Of a DNA stretch of 43,214 nucleotides, positions 35,466 to 43,214 are shown piece after piece. The stretch lies in IMG/VR virus record IMGVR_UViG_3300020045_007770, positions 1 through 43,214 of that record. One strand, given 5' to 3'. The notes beneath the pieces were generated by a model, which did no database searches, was not told where the DNA came from, and saw only the letters and a list, made by a program, of their open reading frames with translations. The position numbers and the translations under genes are program-made. Position 1 is the stretch's first letter. Every line of letters begins with the position of its first letter. The stretch is from a virus (taxonomy: Duplodnaviria; Caudoviricetes).

Positions 35466-36071
35466 TCAGTAGCCGGGGGTCGCGCCGTTGAGTTCGTGCT
35501 GGTTGAAGCGCACGATCCACTTGGCATAGACACCGAAGGCATTGTCAGGTTTCTGCACCAGACCGACGATCTTGAGGTTCAAGGTTGACGTCACGGCCAC
35601 ACTGGCAGTCGTCAGCACGGATGCCGAGTTCTGGCCGGGTGCCGTCGGGTTTGCAACCGTGAAGGAAGCGTTCTTGTTGCACGCCGTAGCCGTCAGAGCC
35701 GACAAGCCATCGTCCTGGACTTCCCACAAGATTGTGGGGTCGTCGGCGACCATGACATAGTAGCCCTTGGTTTTGGCGGCGGGGATATTCTGGAGCGTCA
35801 GGTCCAGGTTGGTGCCCTGAATCGACGGGTTGTTGAGGCCAGCGAGCTGCACGCCAATGATGACTCCGCGCACAGTGTCCGTACCAGCAGCCTTGATGAC
35901 AGCGGGGATACCGTTGGCATCGCCACCAGCAACAGTCTTCACCGGGTCGCCGATGTTGTACTGCGCGACGTCAGTCGGCGGGATGTAATAGGTGTTGGTC
36001 GCGCCGTTCCAGGCGCTGCCATCCAGATACCGGGAGGGGACGAAGCCCTTCGGTTGCGAAACGTTAGCCAT
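35466..36071 (-). CDS. capsid-associated (decoration/minor capsid) protein
   Basis: MAN..P.GF.P...IGDPV...V.DDP...EVQ; immediately upstream of the MCP; RBS GGAGG. Confidence 0.7.
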   Translation of the reverse strand: MANVSQPKGFVPSRYLDGSAWNGATNTYYIPPTDVAQYNIGDPVKTVAGGDANGIPAVIKAAGTDTVRGVIIGVQLAGLNNPSIQGTNLDLTLQNIPAAKTKGYYVMVADDPTILWEVQDDGLSALTATACNKNASFTVANPTAPGQNSASVLTTASVAVTSTLNLKIVGLVQKPDNAFGVYAKWIVRFNQHELNGATPGY

Positions 36072-36633
36072 TCAAGGCCTCCTTCATGGAAGTATTGGTT
36101 GCAAAGGTAGTGGAAACGCCCTTCGGGGAGTAACGCCCTTCAGAGCTGTCGGCATTCATCTTGCCGTGCACTTGATTGTCCCACTCGCTGGCCTGCCGTT
36201 GGCTGCGGGCCTCGCGGGCTTTCCATAGCTCATTGGGGCACTTCATCAGGTATGCGCGCAGCGGGCTGCCATCCTCACGACGGCCCACGTAGCGGCTGAT
36301 GCGCTCCGACAAATCCATATCTGCAACAACATCAGATGCCCGAGCGACTTCACCGGGGGACACAAAATCGAAGCCATCAACAAGCAGGTCTTCGATTTTG
36401 CCATCTTCATCGTTTTCCCAATACATGGTGTATCCGGGAATTTCGCCGCGCACAGAGAGCTTGAGCTTCGGGCCACCAAGGTCTGCCACGCGTTCGCGTT
36501 CATCTTGCTGCCGGTCGCCTGGTTGGCGGCTGGCTTTTGCTTTTTCGTTGCGTTCGCGCCGCTCCTTGGCCTGAAGAAACCGATCATTTGCGGTCTGGTC
36601 GAGGGATGCGGCGGGTTTTTGTGCTTCGGTCAT
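36064..36633 (-). CDS. head-module hypothetical protein
   Basis: IPGY..YW.ND...G.DFV...AYLMK; between scaffold and capsid genes. Confidence 0.7.
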   Translation of the reverse strand: MTEAQKPAASLDQTANDRFLQAKERRERNEKAKASRQPGDRQQDERERVADLGGPKLKLSVRGEIPGYTMYWENDEDGKIEDLLVDGFDFVSPGEVARASDVVADMDLSERISRYVGRREDGSPLRAYLMKCPNELWKAREARSQRQASEWDNQVHGKMNADSSEGRYSPKGVSTTFATNTSMKEALNG

Positions 36634-36648
36634 GGCATTGTATCCGGG

Positions 36649-37617
36649 TTAACGTGCGAAATAAGACTTGAGGAAGGAGGCTTCAGTGTAGAGACCGTCC
36701 TTGATGAATTGGCGGGCAAGGGCACGGTCCGCAGGGGCAACATCACGCATGGTTTTGCCACCGGTGTCACTGCCAGAGCCGCCGCCACGGGAGCCAGATT
36801 CGGCGGTGGATTGGCGCTGGGTCGTGGAAGACTGCTCGCGGAACTTGCGGGGGAAGTCGGCGCGGACTTGCTCAGCAACGAGATCGAGGAACTTTCGGCC
36901 CTTGGTTTTTTCGCCGGCCTTGACCATGCCATCAGCAACTGCCAGGGCATAGGCTCGGAGCTGTCCGTCGCTTTTGAACCAGCTGTTGCCGTCCTCGACC
37001 CATTCGGCAAGGACAGGATTGGCGCGAGTGACTTCATCGACGTCGATTTCTTGTGGAATGCCCTTGATTTCGTCTTTCTTTTCAGTAGCGGCGGCCTGGA
37101 GTTCGGTTCTGGCTTCCTGATGCTGCTGCTGGACCAGCTCAATGCGGTCTTCGAGTTCCACCACGGCGGCGTCATCACCTTCACGCACGGCTGCAGCTTT
37201 TTGCAGCCGCAGATTGCGGATGGCCTCGGAGTGTTCGGCATCCTTGCGGGCGATCACATCCTTGTAGAGCTTGTCCGCCATTGCAGCAGTGCGGGCGACC
37301 TCATCGACCTTGGCGTTCAGGCGAGCGATTTCTCGCTGCAGATTGCCGACGAACTTGTCGCCGCGTTCGACAAAGGTCTTGGCGTCCACCCACTCACCAG
37401 TTGTGCCAGCGAACTTGTCCTTGGGCTTCCAGCCTTTGCGTTTGGCTTCGGCTTCATAGTCGCGGGCGGCGGGTTCATCGCTTTCGCCAGAGGTTTGGGC
37501 GGTGCCGTCAGTTGAGCCGGCGTCCAGATCATCTTCGATCTGATCCAGGGACAGCAATTCCGCCTCAATCTCGGCTTCGGGGCGCGTTGTAACTTGTGTT
37601 TCGTTGGGTCCGGGCAT
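36649..37617 (-). CDS. scaffolding protein
   Basis: EAKRKGWKPK...WVDAKTFVER, long acidic coiled coil, W...NSWF, C-terminal YTEASFLKSY; position. Confidence 0.75.
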   Translation of the reverse strand: MPGPNETQVTTRPEAEIEAELLSLDQIEDDLDAGSTDGTAQTSGESDEPAARDYEAEAKRKGWKPKDKFAGTTGEWVDAKTFVERGDKFVGNLQREIARLNAKVDEVARTAAMADKLYKDVIARKDAEHSEAIRNLRLQKAAAVREGDDAAVVELEDRIELVQQQHQEARTELQAAATEKKDEIKGIPQEIDVDEVTRANPVLAEWVEDGNSWFKSDGQLRAYALAVADGMVKAGEKTKGRKFLDLVAEQVRADFPRKFREQSSTTQRQSTAESGSRGGGSGSDTGGKTMRDVAPADRALARQFIKDGLYTEASFLKSYFAR

Positions 37618-37651
37618 GGTAGCTCCAGTTTGCTAGGGGTTAATCAAGGGC

Positions 37652-37667
37652 ATTACTAATTTGTAAT
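37652..37667. repeat. dispersed 16-bp palindrome copy 11
   Basis: GTTAATCAAGGGC-ATTACTAATTTGTAAT-ATGAGGGATTTAC. Confidence 0.9.
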
Positions 37668-37676
37668 ATGAGGGAT

Positions 37677-38129
37677 TTACCTCACCAGAACTGAAATAAT
37701 GTCCAAGTCCTGCACAAACCTGTACTCTCGGCCATCCACCGGGCTCTTGTGGAACTTGCCGGTGTATTGGCCGACAAGGACCTTGTCCCCGACCTTGCAG
37801 AAGTCAGTGCTTTTGTCAGACCAGGCATCCGGGCCGATTTCAACCACGACAGCCCAGACATCGTGCTGGCGCTCTTTCTCCGCACTGGTTGTAGGGATCA
37901 CAATCCCCCCGGCAGAGGTTTGGTACTCGTCCACTTGGTCACCCAGCAGCAGCACGCGGTGGCCGCAGGCTCGGAAGCCGGATTTGTTGGTTTCCGCTGG
38001 CCCTTTGTCGGCGCGCCAACCGGATTGACCTTCCGGAAGCCTGGCAATGATTTCAGTTGCAACAACTGTTGCGGAATAGGCCGCCGGTGGAAGGACATTT
38101 CCTGTATAGACAGTATTTGTTGTACTCAT
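37677..38129 (-). CDS. groES: GroES-like co-chaperonin
   Basis: GHRVLL...TSAGGIVIP...AVVVEIGP...KVGDKVLVGQYTG...DGREYRFV.D.DII. Confidence 0.82.
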   Translation of the reverse strand: MSTTNTVYTGNVLPPAAYSATVVATEIIARLPEGQSGWRADKGPAETNKSGFRACGHRVLLLGDQVDEYQTSAGGIVIPTTSAEKERQHDVWAVVVEIGPDAWSDKSTDFCKVGDKVLVGQYTGKFHKSPVDGREYRFVQDLDIISVLVR

Positions 38130-38133
38130 AACT

Positions 38134-38370
38134 TCAAAGCTCCAGTTTGTAGTTTTCCAGGTTCGCAATATGCTCTTGCAGGGCCCGGACAGTCCCCATA
38201 TTCTCCGCGTTCATTTGCAGGGTCTCGAACTCCGACCGTCCCACAAACGCACCCTTTGCCCAGCAGTCTTTGGCCTCAGCCACAGTCTCACGCAGCGCTG
38301 CCAGCATTTCCTGTGTCACCGGATGGTGCAACCACTGGTCCCGGTCCTCCGGCGTGGGGTTCCTTGCCAT
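38134..38370 (-). CDS. small head-module protein
   Basis: W..HPVT motif; overlaps the portal 3' end. Confidence 0.65.
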   Translation of the reverse strand: MARNPTPEDRDQWLHHPVTQEMLAALRETVAEAKDCWAKGAFVGRSEFETLQMNAENMGTVRALQEHIANLENYKLEL

Positions 38371-40534
38371 TTGCTTTTTCCTTCAGTTGGTCGCGGGCCA
38401 AGGTATCCTTCATGTGCCCGTCGTAGAGTTTCTGGATAACGTCCAGGGATTTGATCAGCCCCTCATGCCGCAGCTTTTGCGCTCCGATCTGGGCCTCAAT
38501 CAAAGCAATCTGATGGCCCTTGTCAACGCCATCGGCTTCTGCCATATGCTTCAGCGCCTTGGCCTGCAGCTCCGTGATCTTGGCCTGTGACAGGGATTCC
38601 TCTTGCTTCAGCTCGGCGATCTTAGCCTGCATGTTGTCGGCATGGACGATTTTATCAAATTCCAGCTTTGCTTTTTCCAGTTCGATCTTTGGGTTTTGCG
38701 GAGGAGGCACTGCGTTCGGGCCTTGCGGGTCTGGGAAGCGGGTGTCGATATCCGGGACATCCATGGCTTCCAGGAAATCCCGTTTCACCAGATATTGGTT
38801 AAAGCCGCCGGGGGATTGCATGGCCAATTGCAAGACGGCTGAAGCCCGTTCACGTTTCTGATTCTGGCTCGCCGATGAAGGGTCCGCACTTGGGTAAATT
38901 TGGTCCTGGTTGTTGTCGTAGTCATCCGGCGCAACCAATGCCGTATCTCCTTGCGTCAGCTGTTCAAAATGCTCTGACTGCTTGAAGTACAGGTGGTTCA
39001 ATTGGTAGAGCTTCGTCAGCTCTTCCGCAAACGCACGGTACATTCTGGTGTAGATGCCACTGAACAGCATCATGCCCTGTTCCAGGGTGTTCCGGGAAGT
39101 CTCTGCCGGAGTGTTCTGCCCAGGATTGACGCCAGTCATCACATCTGTGGCGCTGCCGATCTTCTCGCCGTATTGGATCAAGAGACCGAGCAATTGAAAC
39201 AGCACCGTCGAAGGCTCACGCACAGGCAACGGGAAGATATTATCTTTCAGCGCATTCCCAGGACTATCAACTGGCTTCCACTCAAACGGGTCAAACGATT
39301 GCTTGCCGCTTTTGATCTTCACACCACGGCCCAGGAAGCCCCCGGCGCTATTCGCCATGGTCCCGGAGTCGACCAGTTGATTCAGCAGAGTGTCAATTGC
39401 GGCATTCGTCGGGCCGAGCAGTGCCCCGAACCCCAGACCATAGAATCCACCATCTGGGCTTGGGATAAACGTGTATTTGGTGAAGTGCTCTACCGGCCGA
39501 ATCCGCAGTACAAAGTTCCCTGCTGACTTCTCCAGCGTATCAGCTTCTCTCTCCAGCCGTGATCGCTCCTTGGGGTCAGTAGCTTTTGTGGCTTCGGCTT
39601 CCAGCTTCTTGATCTTCCCATCAAACATCCGCACGACGTCGCCTGTGTCAAAGTACCGTGCAACAATTCGCAGTACCTGCGTGGTGTCCAGCCGAACATA
39701 CATCACATACGGCTCAGCATATCCATCACCATCAAGGTCCAGCCATGTGTGCTGCTCCAGAATCGGGTAGATTTCCAGCGAATCATTTGTCGGTCGGCGA
39801 ACACCTTGCGCCTCATCCGCCGTCTGTTGCAGGATGTTTTCAATAGGCTGGCTTTGCGATGGGCTAGCATGCTCGCGCATTTCCAGGAACAGCCCTCGCC
39901 GCTCGCGCTCATAGATTTGATTCGGGGTCATGTCCAGCAAATGGGATGCTCGATGTGCTTTGGACAAGTCCTTGCACCAATAATCAACCACGAACTTTGA
40001 CAGTGGCACGAATTCCGAACGGTTGATGCCGTCAAGTGGATCGTAATAGGATTTCTTGATAGCGCAGCCAAGCACCGATGCCGAGAACTTCGCCACCTCG
40101 TCATCATCCAGCCATGTGGTGTCTTGTTGAACCAGCTGAAAGCTCATGTGCTCACTGATCCGGTCCGCACGCCGACCCTTTTTGCCATCGGCATCCGATC
40201 CCCAGGCAGTGACCTTCACAAGCTTTCGCCCTTTGGTCAAAATGCTGATCCGTGCAAGGAATTGCAGAGCCGCAATCGTCACCGCCGGGAACTTAACATT
40301 CGAGCAATTCGTCCATGGGAAGCTCTTCTCCTCCCGAACCTGCAGTGCAAGCTTCAGCGCATCCTGGTTCCGCTCTTCCCATTCCCGGCGGCTCTGCATG
40401 TCTTTGGTGTAGCCATCAACAGCGGTCCGGCCATAGTGTGCCAGCTCATCTTCCGACAGCTTCTCCGCCACATTCGACATCTGCACAATGTCCTGGAGCT
40501 TGAGCTTTGTCTTGTTTGCGTCTGTGATTGGCAT
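38288..40534 (-). CDS. portal protein
   Basis: KSFPW..CSNVKFP, LEQHTWLDLDGDGYAEPY, FIPSPDGGFYGLG, NQLVDSGT, PLPVREPS.VLFQLLG; follows TerL. Confidence 0.88.
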   Translation of the reverse strand: MPITDANKTKLKLQDIVQMSNVAEKLSEDELAHYGRTAVDGYTKDMQSRREWEERNQDALKLALQVREEKSFPWTNCSNVKFPAVTIAALQFLARISILTKGRKLVKVTAWGSDADGKKGRRADRISEHMSFQLVQQDTTWLDDDEVAKFSASVLGCAIKKSYYDPLDGINRSEFVPLSKFVVDYWCKDLSKAHRASHLLDMTPNQIYERERRGLFLEMREHASPSQSQPIENILQQTADEAQGVRRPTNDSLEIYPILEQHTWLDLDGDGYAEPYVMYVRLDTTQVLRIVARYFDTGDVVRMFDGKIKKLEAEATKATDPKERSRLEREADTLEKSAGNFVLRIRPVEHFTKYTFIPSPDGGFYGLGFGALLGPTNAAIDTLLNQLVDSGTMANSAGGFLGRGVKIKSGKQSFDPFEWKPVDSPGNALKDNIFPLPVREPSTVLFQLLGLLIQYGEKIGSATDVMTGVNPGQNTPAETSRNTLEQGMMLFSGIYTRMYRAFAEELTKLYQLNHLYFKQSEHFEQLTQGDTALVAPDDYDNNQDQIYPSADPSSASQNQKRERASAVLQLAMQSPGGFNQYLVKRDFLEAMDVPDIDTRFPDPQGPNAVPPPQNPKIELEKAKLEFDKIVHADNMQAKIAELKQEESLSQAKITELQAKALKHMAEADGVDKGHQIALIEAQIGAQKLRHEGLIKSLDVIQKLYDGHMKDTLARDQLKEKANGKEPHAGGPGPVVAPSGDTGNAGSAA

Positions 40535-40536
40535 AA

Positions 40537-42006
40537 TCAATATCCTGTAATAGAAGAGCGCCCGCCAATACCATTTGCAGCGGCTGCGCGAGCTTGTTCA
40601 CGGAACGATAATTCTTCCTCATTCAGGAAGTCATCGCTATCCAATTGCGGCAGCATATCAATCCCCCGGCTCAGGATGCCGCTGCTGTCGAACTGGTCAT
40701 CGAGTCGTGCGTCATTGTAGCCGGTAAAGCGCAAGCATTCAGACTCATACCCCGGATACCATGGGGCTTCCTGGTCGAAGTAGCAAGCTTTGGCTTTCAT
40801 CCGTTTCTGGAAACTGCGGCCACGAACGGCCTTGTCTTTGATGGAAGAGAGCGGAACGCAGTTCATAAAAAGGTTGCGGACCTGCATTTCCTTGTTGATC
40901 ATTGGTTCTATGGCCTTCCAGATCACGCCGTCTTCAACAAAGAAGAACTCGGGATCGTACATTGCCTGGACCTTGAACATCTGATCGATGAGTTCATCAG
41001 TGGCCCACCGGTCAACCCGCTGGCCGAAGATGTAGAGTTTATTCTCGGCACAGGTTCCACCAATGGTAAGGCTAGAGCGGTTGGCCCGATCCTTTGTTGA
41101 CACGGCGAAATCCACCCCGACACAGACTCGCTTTGGGATGTCGAAGTCCTCATCCTTCATTGCCTGGAACTGATCCCGTCTCAGGTAGGCTTCATCGTTG
41201 TCGAATGGGTCGTTGAGGTATTCTTGACTGTAGCCGTTGCTGTCGAAGTCCTCGATATACCGTTGACGAATGCCTCGGAGGGTTGCTTCAGTGAATTGCT
41301 CTGGCCACAGGATTTCCGAGAAGTCATCGAAGCTCCTGTGCGCACGGTAGAATAGCACATGCCATTCGCTGTTCTTGCGGAGGCGCGCCAGCAAAGAGTC
41401 CTCATGCAAAATCGTGCCGTGGATGCGAATCTTGCCGCCGCGCCGCAGCGCCGGAATGACTGCACGATTGAACCAGCGGCGGAACTTGTCGCGGCGCTCT
41501 TTGTTTTCGACCTGTTCGTCGTCTTCCAAGTCATCACAGACGATCAAGCCAGGACGGCGGCCACGCCACTTGCGACCGCGCATCTTTTGCTGACTGCCAC
41601 GGGCTAGGATACGAAACTGCTCGCCGTCCTCAAATTCGACAATGATTTCAGTCTTCGATTGCGTCGGAAGGGACTTGACGCCGAATTCTTTGATGAGGTC
41701 TTCGTTCTCGGTGAGTTCTCTGGTGATGTCACCCAAGTGCTCAATTGCCAATTCCTCATTGGTCGAGACAAGAATGGCATAGGACTCTGTCCGGAAGAGC
41801 ATCGACGCCAGCATATAGATATGCGTAAGCGCGCTGCTCTTGGCGTGCCCGCGCGGGGCAATAGTGCAAGCTTTTTCGACCTCCGAAGCGTAGACTTCCC
41901 AAGCCTCGCGGTGGAATTGGGGTGTGGGCTTGGGGTCATCGAGTCCCTTCCGCATGAAGGCTTCGGAAAAGGCCTCGATCAGCTCGGCAGTGAGCTTAAC
42001 CCCCAC
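40537..42006 (-). CDS. terL: terminase large subunit
   Basis: APRGHAKS Walker A, MRG...RPGLIVCDDLE Walker B, GTILHEDS, YSQEYLN, GVDFA, DDQFD; GTG start with RBS GAGGT. Confidence 0.92.
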   Translation of the reverse strand: MGVKLTAELIEAFSEAFMRKGLDDPKPTPQFHREAWEVYASEVEKACTIAPRGHAKSSALTHIYMLASMLFRTESYAILVSTNEELAIEHLGDITRELTENEDLIKEFGVKSLPTQSKTEIIVEFEDGEQFRILARGSQQKMRGRKWRGRRPGLIVCDDLEDDEQVENKERRDKFRRWFNRAVIPALRRGGKIRIHGTILHEDSLLARLRKNSEWHVLFYRAHRSFDDFSEILWPEQFTEATLRGIRQRYIEDFDSNGYSQEYLNDPFDNDEAYLRRDQFQAMKDEDFDIPKRVCVGVDFAVSTKDRANRSSLTIGGTCAENKLYIFGQRVDRWATDELIDQMFKVQAMYDPEFFFVEDGVIWKAIEPMINKEMQVRNLFMNCVPLSSIKDKAVRGRSFQKRMKAKACYFDQEAPWYPGYESECLRFTGYNDARLDDQFDSSGILSRGIDMLPQLDSDDFLNEEELSFREQARAAAANGIGGRSSITGY

Positions 42007-42691
42007 GCGGCACCTCGATTGCGTCTTCGATGTCGGCTGAGTCACGGCGCTTCTTGGTTGCCATGGCCTCAAGTAGGCGCTCAGCAAGGGTTTCGACACC
42101 GGCGCGCTGCTGAGTCGGGGCGGGAAGGGCCATTGCAGTGCCCATGCCCAGAGCCTTGATACTGATCTCAGAAGCCTTCAAGACCAGCAGCTCGGAGATT
42201 TCGGTTTTGTCCATCTTTTCCAGCAGGACATTGCTGGTGCGGATGGCAAGGGCCTTGTAGCGCTCGTTGAGGGAGGCTGTAAGGGATGGGTCATGGATCA
42301 GGTGGCGCACAGGGTCGAGCGCGGACTGGAAGGAATCGGAAGCCAGCACGGAAGCCATCCAGGACGCGGGACGGCCAAAGGCTGCAGCGAGTTCTTTGTG
42401 GCCATAGCCTGGGTGCTGGAGCATCAGCTCTACCATAGCCTGATGTGAGTACAAAAGAGGTGCGAGGGCGCCCGGCGAGACCGCAGAAGGCTGCTGCGTG
42501 GAGTTAGGCGCACAGGCAACCGATGGTTGCGTACCCTGCGGCTCGCTTGGGGTTGACTGCCCCCGCACCAAAGCGGCGAGCATCTCTCCGGCAGGGTCCA
42601 GTTCCCTGTCGTCAGATGGAATGTAGCGGTTCTCCGGCAGCACGCGAGCCTCAGCCTGCATTTGCTTCCACTTGCGGGTCGAGTCCTTCAC
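41996..42691 (-). CDS. HTH protein, terminase small subunit candidate 2
   Basis: YSHQAMVELMLQHP...ELAAAFGRPASWMASVLASDSFQ; directly upstream of terL. Confidence 0.7.
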   Translation of the reverse strand: MKDSTRKWKQMQAEARVLPENRYIPSDDRELDPAGEMLAALVRGQSTPSEPQGTQPSVACAPNSTQQPSAVSPGALAPLLYSHQAMVELMLQHPGYGHKELAAAFGRPASWMASVLASDSFQSALDPVRHLIHDPSLTASLNERYKALAIRTSNVLLEKMDKTEISELLVLKASEISIKALGMGTAMALPAPTQQRAGVETLAERLLEAMATKKRRDSADIEDAIEVPRGG

Positions 42692-43050
42692 CGCACAGGC
42701 TTTCCGGAAAGAGTGGTGAGGCCCTTTTGGGCGATGCCGAGAGCTTCGACAGCGAAGGGGAGGGATTCTTCGGAATCCAGCTTGCTTTCGATCACATCCA
42801 TACTGCGCATTGCAACAGCTCGGAGCCGTTCGTTGAGGCTGCGGGCAATGATCGGGTCAATGAGGGCAGCCTTGCGCTGGGCCAAGCGGACTTGAAAGCT
42901 GTCGGAGGCCAGGATGCGGCTAATCCACCCGCTGCTGTAGCCCATCACGGCGGCCAATTCGCTGGTGGTGACAGTTGGGTCCTGCAGGATGAGGTCAATC
43001 ATGGCCTCGTGCTGGTAGCCGACTGATTTGAGGGTCTTGGCAGTGGTCAT
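42688..43050 (-). CDS. HTH protein, terminase small subunit candidate 1
   Basis: YQHEAMIDLILQDP...ELAAVMGYSSGWISRILASDSFQ; RBS GGAG. Confidence 0.75.
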   Translation of the reverse strand: MTTAKTLKSVGYQHEAMIDLILQDPTVTTSELAAVMGYSSGWISRILASDSFQVRLAQRKAALIDPIIARSLNERLRAVAMRSMDVIESKLDSEESLPFAVEALGIAQKGLTTLSGKPVR

Positions 43051-43085
43051 AGGGACTCCGATTGGCTATGCGATTAGGCAGAAGC

Positions 43086-43114
43086 ATTATGCAACATCGG
43101 GCACGCGAGCGCAA
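43086..43114 (-). promoter_or_regulatory. possible sigma70-type promoter for the packaging/late arm
   Basis: Minus strand TTGCGC-17bp-CATAAT upstream of 43050. Confidence 0.45.
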
Positions 43115-43214
43115 TCGCGGTTGGGGCTGGCCGTGGCTAGAAGCTATAGTTATAACTATAAGCTATCGCCGCGGTAGCGGCGCGCCCCGATTGTCAACCA
43201 CCAAGAAGGCTACA

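Noticed and set aside
1778-37667. Palindromic repeats as a CRISPR array, given the Cas4-like gene
   Set aside because: Copies are hundreds to thousands of bases apart with genes between them, not 30-40 bp spacers; stand-alone Cas4-like nucleases are common phage recombination enzymes
43192-43197. Minus-strand TTGACA (also at 8-13) as late promoters
   Set aside because: No acceptable -10 hexamer at 16-18 bp spacing
1-43214. Prophage, integrase/att sites or terminal direct repeats
   Set aside because: No recombinase motifs or host genes recognised, and the two ends of the window do not share a long direct repeat

Overview
The window looks like a complete or near-complete ~43 kb podovirus-type tailed phage genome, probably infecting a Gram-negative proteobacterium (inferred from sigma70 promoters, GH108 endolysin with 3TM holin, and a beta-helix tailspike). 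It has two convergent arms. The + strand (0.58-18.9 kb) carries early genes and DNA metabolism: Dda/RecD-like helicase, Cas4-like nuclease, HNH, Sak4-like ATPase, probable SSB, a ParB-methyltransferase fusion and a UDG-fused family A DNA polymerase. The - strand (43.05-19.0 kb) carries packaging, head, tail, ejection and lysis genes. I recognised no integrase, CI-type repressor, primase, RNA polymerase or tRNA. The most striking unexplained structure is a 16-bp palindrome (ATTACWAATTWGTAAT, with conserved GAGGG/TTAAC flanks) present 11 times, always intergenic, mostly every 2-5.5 kb and with orientation unrelated to transcription. Other oddities: two non-coding zones of RCTAYA-type micro-repeats, a PurD-like ATP-grasp ligase inside the virion module, two paralogous HTH genes at the TerS position, two paralogous early proteins, a polymerase with non-canonical active-site residues and a degenerate UDG domain, and an HNH gene that appears to have captured the 5' end of its neighbour. 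All assignments come from motif recognition and gene order by eye; no searches were run.
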